Of a stretch of DNA of 32,158 nt, positions 1-10,085 are shown piece after piece (the stretch's first letter is position 1; each line of letters starts with the position of its first letter). The position numbers and the translations under genes were made by a program. This DNA is from Candidatus Heimdallarchaeota archaeon. GTDB lineage: Archaea > Asgardarchaeota > Heimdallarchaeia > Hodarchaeales > Hodarchaeaceae. The notes beneath the pieces are model-generated. The model worked only from the letters and a program-made list of their open reading frames with translations, did no database searches and was not told where the DNA came from. The stretch spans positions 1 through 32,158 of the forward strand of contig JBHLSH010000044.1 of the NCBI GenBank assembly GCA_048881705.1. Reading direction: 5' to 3'.

Positions 1-419
1 GTTTTGGCTGATCTAAATTTGTGGGATGTCGCCGCGCCTCGCGAGTTGCGATAAGACCAACGAGATTGTTCAATACACTTGGCAGGGATATCTAAAGGCT
101 GTGATTCAGTGTATCCAGAAGGAACAAGGATTGGCTCAAAGATTGTCCTATCTTGTTTACCTCCTTCAACCTGATGGAGATAAGGAATTAAAACAGGAAA
201 TTCGGTCTTATTGACCGCTAACAATTTGTCCACTCTTTCAGATCCTTCCGTTTCTTGTATCCAAGCCTGTTCCTTCGCCTCGGTTTCCATAATGCCTAGT
301 ACGCCCGAATTGGTATTTCCTCTGGACAAGATTGGAAATACCGTGAATTGATCATGCGACAAGGCCTCACCAAAGTTGTATATCCCACCCAAGTTTGATA
401 TTAACTCCTGAAAGCTCAT
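1..419 (-). CDS. ARPP-1 (DUF6569) family protein, 3'-partial (runs off the left edge; absent from the ORF track)
   Basis: My translation from ATG at 419: MSFQELISNLGGIYNFGEALSHDQFTVFPILSRG...VDKLLAVNKTEFPVLIPYLHQVEGGKQDRTIFEPILVPSGYTESQPLDIPAKCIEQSRWSYRNSRG. 139 open codons. The GGKQDR...IPxxCxEQxRWSY pattern matches ARPP-1/DUF6569 as I recall it. Confidence 0.75.
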   Translation of the reverse strand, partial: MSFQELISNLGGIYNFGEALSHDQFTVFPILSRGNTNSGVLGIMETEAKEQAWIQETEGSERVDKLLAVNKTEFPVLIPYLHQVEGGKQDRTIFEPILVPSGYTESQPLDIPAKCIEQSRWSYRNSRGAATSHKFRSAK

Positions 420-678
420 CTATTAGTTCATCTCTTTTCCAACTGTTTTTGAAATCTAAGTTTTAATGCGAAAATACTGTTTTCCAACCGTTATCAATGC
501 TAGCAGACATTTTCACGTCTCTACTGACACAGTTAGTTGAAAAACTGCACCTATATTTTCTGATACTTTTTGAGAAGGATAACTTTTAAAGCTTGCCAAA
601 AAGTAAAAAATATTTGTTATCACCTATGGAGCCATAATTAAGAATTCTGCTATTTGAATCGTTCAAAATGCCTTGCTT

Positions 679-1374
679 TCAACCGCTAATCGGAGTTCGT
701 GTCCTATCCAACCAATGAGCCACACCAGCAAAGGTTAAAAGGAGTAATATAAGAAAAAACGAAGCGCTAGCTATTTCAAGACCTGGCGGAGGAACAGGGG
801 TAATAAGGATGATAGATGTCGATAGAAGAACCACCATAAACACCCCCATCGCGTATTTTCCTATGACGCCTTCTCCAGAACGCGTAACCCTGAAATAGAT
901 CATATATCCTCCCAATAAGATCGTTAACTCTAGAATTAACGTTATTGGGTAAAAGTTCCATAATCCTAACCCAATTTTTAAGTTAATACCAGGAATTATG
1001 AGTAAATCGGGAGTATGGACCAAAAAATCCAAAAAATAATGTGAAGATACTGCTACTCCCACCAAAAGAGAAGTTTGGTTCTTTTCCTCCTTTGTTTTTT
1101 GCTTGAATCTAAAAATACCATACCGGAATACGAGATAGGCAGCAAATGCCATGATAAGTGTTCCCAATAGACTATGAGAAAAGGGGAAATTATAGAGCTC
1201 GAAAAAGGAGGCTTCAGCAAAGTTTGGAACAATTCGAGCATTTTCAATTCCCAAAATAATGAAAGTAGTAAAAACAATATCGATTAGTTGCGCAGCGATG
1301 AATAGGATGCCCAAGGATAAAGTCGGATCATACCTTTTTAGAGCGAAAGATATACCATAATGTCCAATGAACAC
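679..1374 (-). CDS. Membrane-bound metal-dependent hydrolase-like protein (YdjM/DUF457-like)
   Basis: N-terminal GH, LIDIV, FSHSL and HYFLD..VH motifs in a multi-TM 231-aa protein. Confidence 0.7.
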   Translation of the reverse strand: MFIGHYGISFALKRYDPTLSLGILFIAAQLIDIVFTTFIILGIENARIVPNFAEASFFELYNFPFSHSLLGTLIMAFAAYLVFRYGIFRFKQKTKEEKNQTSLLVGVAVSSHYFLDFLVHTPDLLIIPGINLKIGLGLWNFYPITLILELTILLGGYMIYFRVTRSGEGVIGKYAMGVFMVVLLSTSIILITPVPPPGLEIASASFFLILLLLTFAGVAHWLDRTRTPISG

Positions 1375-1470
1375 TGTTGTTCCTCTTGTTGAATTCAGGT
1401 TTCATAAAACAGATCTGTAGAATAATTGGAGGCCTTTAACTTCACGAAAAAACCCCGATTATGATCAGTT

Positions 1471-2094
1471 CTAGCTCACCGGCTGCCTAATGATCGTTTT
1501 TAACCGATCAGGTTTCGTTCGTCTTGGATCGGACAAATATATCTCGTGGTGTTTGCCACGGCGAGAATAACCTTGCTTTTCAATAAATTTGTGGAGATTC
1601 GCGATAGTCGGACCTTCATCCGAGTAGGGCCCAAAATACAAGATCTGTACGGATTTACCTTCTTCATAAACTTCGAACCGAACCTTGTCCAGTGCAGCAG
1701 GGGCTTTTTTTTTCTTAACTTCGGCCACTGCTTGATCAAACAACGCAGGGGTTATAAAATCTGGTTGCATGATCATGGATGTCCAGTACCAGGCGTCTTT
1801 GTTCTCCTCACTAAATCCTTCCATGTTTGGCACCCACCAAAGTCCTTCCAAGGGCATAACCACATAATCATTTCCTTTGTCCTTCATCATGAACTTCAGG
1901 GTGTATGATATCGGGTACAGGGCCTCCATAGCAGCTTGATAATCGGCCGATGTATTGGGATCACCTTGACCATCAATCATCAGAAAATTGAGGGGGGGAA
2001 CATCCACAATAGAAAACTTTGAAGATGAAATATTGGAGTAAATCCCTTTCAATTCTTTTTTAAGGTCAATCTTCGCCACAAGAACACGCTCCAA
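1471..2094 (-). CDS. GyrI-like small-molecule-binding domain protein
   Basis: FLMIDGQGDPN, DYVVMPLEGLWW and HHEIYLSDPRR...KTIIRQPV motifs typical of this subfamily. Confidence 0.85.
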   Translation of the reverse strand: MERVLVAKIDLKKELKGIYSNISSSKFSIVDVPPLNFLMIDGQGDPNTSADYQAAMEALYPISYTLKFMMKDKGNDYVVMPLEGLWWVPNMEGFSEENKDAWYWTSMIMQPDFITPALFDQAVAEVKKKKAPAALDKVRFEVYEEGKSVQILYFGPYSDEGPTIANLHKFIEKQGYSRRGKHHEIYLSDPRRTKPDRLKTIIRQPVS

Positions 2095-2287
2095 GATGTT
2101 AAGATCAATTGAATCTGGGACTGGGCTTCAAAAGTCGAGAAAAAAAAGGAAGTTTATGTTAAAAAGATTCTCCCCCTCCTTGCAATATCCCTAAGTTATG
2201 GGATTCAAAATTGTAAATAACTTGGTTTCTTTCATTACCTATATACAAATAGAAGGGTTAATGAGAACCCGTTACCAATTAACCTGA

Positions 2288-3241
2288 ATGCAAAATGGAG
2301 GTTATAAACTGTCTGAAGTGGCCCTAATCCAAACCGATAGCCCTAAGGAGGGACTTAAGGCTATTTTCGTCCATTATAGTGACTTATTCACCTCGTTACG
2401 TCAAAAAATCGTCGTAATAAAACCAAATTTCAATACTGCGGATCCACCGCCAGCATCTACTGATATTCAGTTATTAAGGCAAGTCATAGAGCATATAAAG
2501 GGGAAAGATCCCAAAAAGATCATAGTTGCGGAACGCGCAGGCCCCGCAAACACCTACGAAACAATGAGGATTAAGGGGCTTTATCAGCTGCAAGAGGATA
2601 TTGGCGGATTTAACATTGTAGACCTGTCCTCCTTGCCCGAACACGAGTGGATTCATATCCGCCCAGAGGGGTCACACTGGCGGGATGGATTTTTGTTCCC
2701 GAAACTCATAAACAGAGCTGATGCGTTTATAGCCCTTCCCTGTTTGAAGACGCATCGTTTTGGAGGGCATTTCACGTTATCGCTTAAATTGGCAGTCGGT
2801 TTGGTTCCGCGTCAGGGATATTCGTATATGAAAGAATTACACTCTTCTCCGCACCAACGGAGGATGATCGCCGAAATAAATCAGGTATTTAATCCAACGT
2901 TGGTCATTATGGACGGTATCAAGGCATTTGTTGACGGCGGACCGGAGAGGGGCACCTTAATGTCGCCCAATGTGATGTTAGCTAGTCCAGATCGAATTGC
3001 TATTGATGCGGTAGGAGTAGCAATTCTACGTGATTGTGGCACAACGAAAGAGGTTTCAAACGGTCCAATCTTCAGGCAAGAGCAGATAGCGCGGGCGGTA
3101 GAGTTGGGAATTGGAGTAAGTGAACCTGAGAAGATAGAAATCAAGGCCTTGGATGTCAAGAGCCAAGAATATGTGAACAAGCTGCACAGAATGCTAATCG
3201 AAGACGAAGACTCGGCAATGGAGACCCTTTCTATCCATTAG
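2288..3241 (+). CDS. DUF362 domain protein
   Basis: IKPNFNT, LPCLKTHRFGGHFTLSLK, IMDG and DRIAIDAVG motifs. Confidence 0.85.
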   Translation: MQNGGYKLSEVALIQTDSPKEGLKAIFVHYSDLFTSLRQKIVVIKPNFNTADPPPASTDIQLLRQVIEHIKGKDPKKIIVAERAGPANTYETMRIKGLYQLQEDIGGFNIVDLSSLPEHEWIHIRPEGSHWRDGFLFPKLINRADAFIALPCLKTHRFGGHFTLSLKLAVGLVPRQGYSYMKELHSSPHQRRMIAEINQVFNPTLVIMDGIKAFVDGGPERGTLMSPNVMLASPDRIAIDAVGVAILRDCGTTKEVSNGPIFRQEQIARAVELGIGVSEPEKIEIKALDVKSQEYVNKLHRMLIEDEDSAMETLSIH

Positions 3242-3294
3242 GAATCTAATCTACTAGTACCAGTTGATCGGGATAAAATGCCCAGTACCTTTGT

Positions 3295-4317
3295 TTAACG
3301 CCAAATATTGGCTGTGTACGAGGGGATTGGGAGATCTTTCATTGTGTGTATCCCTGGCGCAGCATTTACGACCCTCGGAATTAGGTTTGCAACCATGGCA
3401 GCGGTGCCAAGGTCACCATGCACACCTCCCATGATTTTTTGATCAATACGAGGGAGACCTTCAATCACAACAGCATCATATTCTTCATGATCGCCTGCGT
3501 ATGCGACAAATTCGAGATTGATGAATTCCCGACCATTATACTTTGCAGTTGCTCGACTACGTAAACCACAGACATAGCCTTCGGGGACTAGCTCACCATA
3601 GGAAGTAGTAAATTCGGAGGTTGCCGTAATGGCTTCTGGAGGATATTCAAGAACATCGTCGCATTCTATTCCCATCGCGGAAGCGATCAGTCTGATAGAT
3701 TCTTCGAGCCCAACGTGTCCCGTTATGATATGATCTCTGATTTTTTTATCAAATTCGGTAGTGCTGAGGCCAGTACCAATCTTCCGTTGGAAGGGGGTTC
3801 GTCTTCGTCCTGAATTCATCATCCGAGTTACGGATATTTTGTCCACCCTCTGACACGGAGCAGCTAGAACTATTGGAAGAACATCCATAAGATAGCCCGG
3901 ATTAATCCCCGTTCCTGTAATTGTTACTCCTTTGGTAACAGCTAACTCACTTAATTGTCTTGAAAGGTCAGGATATCTTCTGTAAGGGAAAGCGAGTTCT
4001 TCACAGATTGAAATCACATTGCATTGAGCCAAGACAGATTCTTGGATAAGAGGAGCGACCTGGGGGAGTGCGGATGCTGTTGTTATTACGACGATGTCTA
4101 TTTCACCTATCTCGAGCGCTTCTGAGAGAGATGAGCGTACAATTACTTCTGGGTCAGCAGAAACGGCAAGAATATCTTGTAAAGATCTGCCAACCAACCC
4201 AGGTGCAATGTCAACTGCACCTACCAAGATGAGATTTGGCCGTTCTATGATAAGTTTAGCTATTAAACGCCCCATCGGTCCAAGACCCACGTGAATTACT
4301 CTGAACGGTTTTGTCAT
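3295..4317 (-). CDS. NAD(P)-dependent oxidoreductase, DapB-like / 2,4-diaminopentanoate dehydrogenase (Ord)-like family
   Basis: Rossmann GLGPMG, ISICEEL, GTGINPGYLMD and C-terminal GGVHGDLGTAA...N motifs. Substrate cannot be assigned from sequence. Confidence 0.75.
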   Translation of the reverse strand: MTKPFRVIHVGLGPMGRLIAKLIIERPNLILVGAVDIAPGLVGRSLQDILAVSADPEVIVRSSLSEALEIGEIDIVVITTASALPQVAPLIQESVLAQCNVISICEELAFPYRRYPDLSRQLSELAVTKGVTITGTGINPGYLMDVLPIVLAAPCQRVDKISVTRMMNSGRRRTPFQRKIGTGLSTTEFDKKIRDHIITGHVGLEESIRLIASAMGIECDDVLEYPPEAITATSEFTTSYGELVPEGYVCGLRSRATAKYNGREFINLEFVAYAGDHEEYDAVVIEGLPRIDQKIMGGVHGDLGTAAMVANLIPRVVNAAPGIHTMKDLPIPSYTANIWR

Positions 4318-4346
4318 GATTTAAACCAGGGAAAAGATCTTTTCTT

Positions 4347-5042
4347 TCAATTCTCGTTTTCTTTGTTATGATTAAATTGGTGCGCCAGCTGAGTTTTTTC
4401 GAGCCAACGAATGTCTTTAAGAGCTTCTTTCAAAAGATAGATGGCGCTCAGCCAAAGTACGGCACCAAGCATGATTATAACTAGAATTGGTAATCTTAGG
4501 GGAAGTGGATAGGCAGTAATAAGATATCCCAGATCACTTGGAGCATCAGTGAAGTAAACATTATAGATCCTAATCCCCAGGAAAACAGCTATCGATAAAG
4601 TAACCAATCCACCGAGAATTTCTTGCCAATTTTCACTAAAAGACAATAACGATGAAGTAGACGAAGAAGTTTGAGGACGGGGTTTTTCCATCTTCTCAGT
4701 TGACTCAAACCCACTAATATCGGGAGATGGAGGAGAGGAAGAGGGAGATGCTCTTATTCTCAAAGTAATAAGAAATTTGAGTAGAATTTCGTTCCATACG
4801 GGTTTCAGGAGGTAATATGTAATAATCAGGAATATCGCTGCAACCAGTGCTGTTTGCAGAAGGGATAAAATAATAGGGATTGGCTCTAGATTAACCGGGC
4901 GAAAAATCGCCGAAAGGGAGTATACGTAATAGATGTCAACTACTCCACTAAGCATTAGAGCTCCGAAGACAAAAACATATCCAGCCAAGCCCAGGGATAG
5001 GCAGGCGGTAATAAAGATCCCCAAGCGATTCGACAACGTCAT
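4347..5042 (-). CDS. Hypothetical membrane protein (about 4 TM, Ser/Pro-rich central loop)
   Basis: 231-aa ORF with four hydrophobic segments, 20-29 nt from co-oriented neighbours. Confidence 0.7.
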   Translation of the reverse strand: MTLSNRLGIFITACLSLGLAGYVFVFGALMLSGVVDIYYVYSLSAIFRPVNLEPIPIILSLLQTALVAAIFLIITYYLLKPVWNEILLKFLITLRIRASPSSSPPSPDISGFESTEKMEKPRPQTSSSTSSLLSFSENWQEILGGLVTLSIAVFLGIRIYNVYFTDAPSDLGYLITAYPLPLRLPILVIIMLGAVLWLSAIYLLKEALKDIRWLEKTQLAHQFNHNKENEN

Positions 5043-5062
5043 TTCAACCTGATTATCCAGAT

Positions 5063-5788
5063 TCAGCTGGAACGATGTTTGTCTATTATCTTTTTGGCCT
5101 CTTCCAAATGATTTTCTATTTGGATTTGGTCGTACGACGGAGTTTGGGAGGCCAAGATCTGCATAATCCCCGTGGTTCTATGATTCTTTCGTTTTAAGGC
5201 AGAAATCAATTCCCGATCCACGGAGGGAATTAAGAATGAGTAATAAATGAGCTGATCTAGCGATAGGACGTATCTTTCCCAGAGTTTGGTTTTTCTGAGC
5301 GTATTGATCAATGAAGTGCGTAAGCTCTGCCAATGGGACAGAAGCGTATCTTTAACCTGATCAATTACGTTAACAAGGGTGTCGACTTCATCGTAAATTG
5401 TCCGAAAAGCTGTAATCAATGCCATTGGATATGAAGGGGCTTCGTGGTGGTAATAATAGGTGAGGGCTTCTTTGGAATAATCGAAAGGAACCAAGATGAA
5501 AAAGCCACGAAGAATCAAAGCAATATCTTTGCTATCTATTTCTTCAGCCCATAGGGTAAACAAGCGGGCACTACGGGGGTCAATATCAGGGATTTCCGCG
5601 TGAAAATCCTGGATGTTGGTATAGTCGACGTGGACAGAACCAATATCATTTAACACCTTGGCAGCGGTGAGTGTTCGATTGGAATAAAACCGATCGAGGA
5701 CGGAACGAATTTCAAATTGGATTAGACGATCTTTTTCAATCGCATCTATCCTTCCGTCATGAAACTTTAACCGAGGGATTTTTCGCAT
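5063..5788 (-). CDS. Hypothetical soluble protein
   Basis: Long ORF with protein-like composition. ATG at 5788 (MRKIPRL) preferred over the track start at 5833. No family recognised. Confidence 0.65.
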   Translation of the reverse strand: MRKIPRLKFHDGRIDAIEKDRLIQFEIRSVLDRFYSNRTLTAAKVLNDIGSVHVDYTNIQDFHAEIPDIDPRSARLFTLWAEEIDSKDIALILRGFFILVPFDYSKEALTYYYHHEAPSYPMALITAFRTIYDEVDTLVNVIDQVKDTLLSHWQSLRTSLINTLRKTKLWERYVLSLDQLIYYSFLIPSVDRELISALKRKNHRTTGIMQILASQTPSYDQIQIENHLEEAKKIIDKHRSS

Positions 5789-5936
5789 CGTATCATCGAC
5801 ACCGTATAATGTAGCGGAGCTAGAGCACAGCAATAAAAGAATATGCGATTTTGCACTTAAGCCCTGGCCACCTTCTTACATAAATATGATTATAGTGACA
5901 TAGATTACGAGAGGAGAACACAACATAAGGCAATTT

Positions 5937-7166
5937 GTGATGATTTTTTTGAATGAGAAGATTTCCAAAGCAACAAATGCAATCCAATCGGAACTTACCG
6001 TATTCACTCGTGATATAATAGCAATTCCTTCATTTTCAGATGAAATCTTGGTGATTAATAGAATTAAAGAAGAAATGAAGGAAATTGGATTTCAGGGAAT
6101 CACGTACGATAATATGGGCAATCTACGAGGTTCTTTAGGTTCTGGGCCAGGGCTTCTGGTGATAGACGCTCATGCTGATACAGTAGAAGTTGGTAATGAG
6201 TCAGGATGGAAACATGACCCTTTTGTGGGTAAACTAGAACAAGGAATTATTTATGGCCGAGGTGCATGTGATCAAAAGGGGGGCCTCGCCGCAGCGCTAT
6301 ATACTGGTAAGGTATTGCTAGATCTGGGTATTCCCGAAAATTTGACGTATATGGTCGTTGTTTCGGTTAAGGAAGAGATCTACGAAGGATTAAATTGGCA
6401 ATTCCTGGTGAAAGAAGAACGGATAGCGCCCGATGCTGTTATCCTCAGCGAGCCATCAAACTTGGATATTATTATCGGACAACGTGGTCGGGCTGATGTA
6501 AAAGTGCGTACATTCGGTATTTCCAGCCATGGTGCCACTCCTGACAACGGAGTTAACGCCATCTACAAGATTGCGCCTATTATTCTAGAGATAAAGGAAC
6601 TTCACGAGAAACTAGTATCAGATCCCATATTTGGGAAGGCAAGCATTACCGTGACCAAGATCGATTCAACGGCGCCTGCGATTAATGCGGTAGCAGACGG
6701 AGCCACAATTCATCTAGATCGAAGGTTAAATCGCGATGAAACAGATAAGACTGTACTTACTGAAATTCGGGCACTTCCCAGTGTAAAACTAAGTGATGCT
6801 GAAGTCTTCATCCCAGAATATGAATACACAAGTCCGAATGGATTATCTTATCCTATCAGGGCATACTATCCAACTTGGAAACTTGAAGCGGATCACCCCC
6901 TCGTTCAATCAGCAATCAAAGCATATAAAAATCAGTTTAGCAAGGAACCAAGGTTGGGGTATTGGCCGTTTTCAACTAATGGTGCTGCAACGAAAGGATT
7001 GTTTGATATTCCGACCATAGGTTTTGGACCTGGTAACCCGAAGTATGCACATACAACTGATGATCAAGTTCCAGTCGACCACCTGCTTAGGGCTGTTGAA
7101 TATTATTCTGCATTCACAATGTCATGGAAGAATGGAGAACGTACTATCCATGAGAATTCAGCTTGA
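5937..7166 (+). CDS. M20 family metallo-amidohydrolase (YgeY/ArgE/DapE-like)
   Basis: IDAHADTV, YGRGACDQKGG, KEE, LSEPS, FSTNG and GFGPG...AHT zinc-binding and signature motifs. Confidence 0.8.
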   Translation: MMIFLNEKISKATNAIQSELTVFTRDIIAIPSFSDEILVINRIKEEMKEIGFQGITYDNMGNLRGSLGSGPGLLVIDAHADTVEVGNESGWKHDPFVGKLEQGIIYGRGACDQKGGLAAALYTGKVLLDLGIPENLTYMVVVSVKEEIYEGLNWQFLVKEERIAPDAVILSEPSNLDIIIGQRGRADVKVRTFGISSHGATPDNGVNAIYKIAPIILEIKELHEKLVSDPIFGKASITVTKIDSTAPAINAVADGATIHLDRRLNRDETDKTVLTEIRALPSVKLSDAEVFIPEYEYTSPNGLSYPIRAYYPTWKLEADHPLVQSAIKAYKNQFSKEPRLGYWPFSTNGAATKGLFDIPTIGFGPGNPKYAHTTDDQVPVDHLLRAVEYYSAFTMSWKNGERTIHENSA

Positions 7167-7167
7167 T

Positions 7168-8544
7168 TCATTGTTTTTTCACCTTTTCTATAGATTCGAC
7201 TGATTCAATGATGATGTCTGTGGCGATCCTAGCTAGTTCATCTGTTAGGATAAGGGGAGGTAAAAATCGAGCAACGTTATCATAATGTCCTCCGATTTCG
7301 ATGAGCAAACCCCGCCTAAAACATTCGGTACGTAATGTTCTGGCTAGTTTGGATGAAGGTTTTTTTGTTTCTTTATCTTCTACCATTTCCAGGCCAAGCA
7401 TAAGACCCTTGCCTCGTACATCTCCCACAATTGAGCTAGTTTCTTCTAATTTCGACAATCTTTTCTTAATAAGTGCCCCAATGCTTTTCGCATAATTTCC
7501 TATATTGTTCTCCAGCATAAATTCAATAGATGCCACACCGGCTGCCATAGCCGTTACATTGCCACGAAAAGTTCCAATATGAGCGCCCTTACGCCAAATA
7601 TTTAGCTCTTCCTTGAAAGCAATGGCCGAAAGGGGAAAACCACCCCCTAGGGCTTTCGACATAGTGATAATATCGGGGATGGCATCATAGTGCTGAAACG
7701 AAAACAGTTCCCCTGTTCTGTAAAATCCTGCCTGAATCTCATCAAAAATAATTGGAACATGATAGTCTTCACTTGTATTCCGTATGCTCGGGATAAAACT
7801 ATCAGGCGGTATAATCGAACCTCCCTCTCCTTGAATCGGTTCCACTATGGTACCCGCGGGAAGAACGACCCCTGAATGGGGATCTTCCAGTACATGTTCG
7901 TAATATGATGCACATTCAAGGCCACAATCATTCGGAGTCCTGTCGAAGGCGCAACGGTAACAATAGGCATATGGAACAAAGTGTACCTCTGGCAACATCG
8001 GAATATACTTCTCTTTCCAATATTTTCCCGAGGTAAGTGAACTGGCCCCGGCTGTCATTCCATGGTAGGCCCCCTCAAACGAAATCAGCCCATGTCTTTG
8101 AGTATAATATTTGGCCAACTTGATAGCCATTTCTACCGCATCGGACCCTGTTGGCCCTCCAAATTGAATTCGTACAGTATCCTTTAGTTGACCGGGCATA
8201 AGAGAACGAAGTAACTCGATTAACTTCAATCGGATTTTTGTCGGAAAATCCAGTGTATGGGTGAGTTTTTGCTGTTGTGTTTTTACCGCGTCCATAATCT
8301 GGGGGTTACAGTGACCTAGCGCTAAAACGCCCGCCCCCGCAAAAAAGTCAATGAAAATGTTACCATCTATGTCTTGAACGGTGGCCCCTCGCCCTTCCTC
8401 CAATACTAGAGGGATTCCCCTCGGATAGGAGATCGCATCCCCCTCGATCTTTTTTTGCTTAGATAAAAGGGCGATTGCTTTCGGTCCAGGCAGTTCGGTC
8501 CTTATTTGGGGAGCTTCATCATAATTCAATTCTTCAAACTTCAT
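7168..8544 (-). CDS. Class III PLP aminotransferase, diaminobutyrate-2-oxoglutarate transaminase (Dat/EctB)-like
   Basis: QFGGPTGSDAVEMAIKLAK, FEGAYHGMT, EPIQGEGG, DEIQAG, SKALGGG (PLP Lys) and GAHIGTFRGN motifs. Confidence 0.85.
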   Translation of the reverse strand: MKFEELNYDEAPQIRTELPGPKAIALLSKQKKIEGDAISYPRGIPLVLEEGRGATVQDIDGNIFIDFFAGAGVLALGHCNPQIMDAVKTQQQKLTHTLDFPTKIRLKLIELLRSLMPGQLKDTVRIQFGGPTGSDAVEMAIKLAKYYTQRHGLISFEGAYHGMTAGASSLTSGKYWKEKYIPMLPEVHFVPYAYCYRCAFDRTPNDCGLECASYYEHVLEDPHSGVVLPAGTIVEPIQGEGGSIIPPDSFIPSIRNTSEDYHVPIIFDEIQAGFYRTGELFSFQHYDAIPDIITMSKALGGGFPLSAIAFKEELNIWRKGAHIGTFRGNVTAMAAGVASIEFMLENNIGNYAKSIGALIKKRLSKLEETSSIVGDVRGKGLMLGLEMVEDKETKKPSSKLARTLRTECFRRGLLIEIGGHYDNVARFLPPLILTDELARIATDIIIESVESIEKVKKQ

Positions 8545-8571
8545 TTATACCACGCAGTCCAGTTTAATCAA

Positions 8572-9024
8572 TTATTTTTTCTTCATCGAATGGATTCTTG
8601 TGATAGATTCGGGTGGGGTGGTTCTTAATCCCAAAAGCCAGGCCCATCGTTCAAAATCTAAAGTGAAGGCCACCAGAGTTACCACCGATTGAAGAATAAG
8701 TCCTGGTTCCTTGAATAATACCCACGCTCCAATTACTCCCAAGAATCCGGAGAATATTTCAATGGTCACTCTATGGTAGCCTGTAACATTAATAGGCCCT
8801 TCACGTGTCTTATCCCCAGGGGCATTAAATGCGCCTAATAAGACCGCGCTTAGGATAAATCCGACAAAAAAAATCACATGTACGGTTATGGCGGCGATAA
8901 TGAACCATAACCAGGTTGTTAATTCGATCAGAAATCGGAAAAGAGGTGGAATAAGAGGAGGAACTGCCGGCTTATGAGATTCCGTATCAGATAAGTCTTT
9001 TATATTCAATATTATTACCTTCAA
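8572..9024 (-). CDS. Small membrane protein, possibly YrdB/DUF2568-like
   Basis: RFLIEL...FNAPGD pattern and about 4 hydrophobic segments. Family call is weak. Confidence 0.5.
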   Translation of the reverse strand: MKVIILNIKDLSDTESHKPAVPPLIPPLFRFLIELTTWLWFIIAAITVHVIFFVGFILSAVLLGAFNAPGDKTREGPINVTGYHRVTIEIFSGFLGVIGAWVLFKEPGLILQSVVTLVAFTLDFERWAWLLGLRTTPPESITRIHSMKKK

Positions 9025-9057
9025 TTGAATTTTGGCTGGTAAAAAGGGGTCGTTTAT

Positions 9058-9951
9058 TTAGGAATTAAGAAAGGTGATCATAGATTCATTAACCCGGTTA
9101 GGGACTTCTAGATGTACCCAATGTCCGCTGTTCGGATGATAAATAAGCTTGAATGAACCTTCAATCCGCTCTTCCAATCCATAGGTTAAGGATTTATCTA
9201 ATGCTATGTCTTGTTCTCCCCAAATTACCAGGGTAGGGCATTTAATCATCGGAAACCTTCTAAGGAAGTTTTCTTGATTTTCCTTCATTACCGAAAAAAT
9301 CTGAGCAATATTCCAATTTGCTCGATAGTAATTGATACTAGCTGTTAATGCCCCGGGTTGTAACCAGGCCCGAATATATCGCTGCATATCCGCTTCTGTA
9401 AAGGCCTGTTTATTGCTGAGAGATCCGCGTACCATTCGTTGAAGAACTTCACAATTATTATGAAGTAAAACCGCTTCAGGAATTTTGGGGATTTGGAAAA
9501 AGAAGACATACCAACTTTTCTGGAGCTGTTGAAATCTTATTGACCAAAAGGCTTCTAAAAGAGACACAGGATGCGGACAATTAAGGATAGCCAGTTTAGA
9601 TACCTTTTTGGTCATCATAGCTAAGTTCCATGCAATTGCTCCTCCCCAATCATGGCCAACCACCACTGCTTTTTCTTCTCCCAATGATTCAATAAGGCCC
9701 ACGATATCCTGAACCAGAAAATGGGTAGTATATTGATCCACTCCCTCAGGTTTACTACTCTTATTATAGCCTCGTAAATCGGGAGCAACAACCCGATAAT
9801 GCTCGGATAGAGACGGGATTTGTTTTCTCCATGTATACCAAAAATCAGGAAATCCATGGAGCAAAATTATAAGATCTCCAGTACCTTGTTCCACATAGTG
9901 CAACCTAATCTCCCCAATATCGATAAAATTATGCTTCCAATCTTCTTTCAT
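9058..9951 (-). CDS. Alpha/beta hydrolase, epoxide hydrolase-like
   Basis: HGFPDFWYTW, APDLRGY, GHDWGG (Asp nucleophile), WGEQD and GHWVH motifs. Confidence 0.9.
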   Translation of the reverse strand: MKEDWKHNFIDIGEIRLHYVEQGTGDLIILLHGFPDFWYTWRKQIPSLSEHYRVVAPDLRGYNKSSKPEGVDQYTTHFLVQDIVGLIESLGEEKAVVVGHDWGGAIAWNLAMMTKKVSKLAILNCPHPVSLLEAFWSIRFQQLQKSWYVFFFQIPKIPEAVLLHNNCEVLQRMVRGSLSNKQAFTEADMQRYIRAWLQPGALTASINYYRANWNIAQIFSVMKENQENFLRRFPMIKCPTLVIWGEQDIALDKSLTYGLEERIEGSFKLIYHPNSGHWVHLEVPNRVNESMITFLNS

Positions 9952-10085
9952 ATTTTAACCCACTAAATCACGCATAATTCGAATCTTTATCTGCACTTTG
10001 AATCATTCATGTCATTTTTGAAAAAGAAACTCCTTTCTTGGAGTCAAGAGAAATATAATAAAAAAGGAAACGAGTAGTTCCTTTC

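Noticed and set aside
26-214. Track ORF, 62 aa, plus strand
   Set aside because: Antisense shadow of the ARPP-1-like gene at 1-419.
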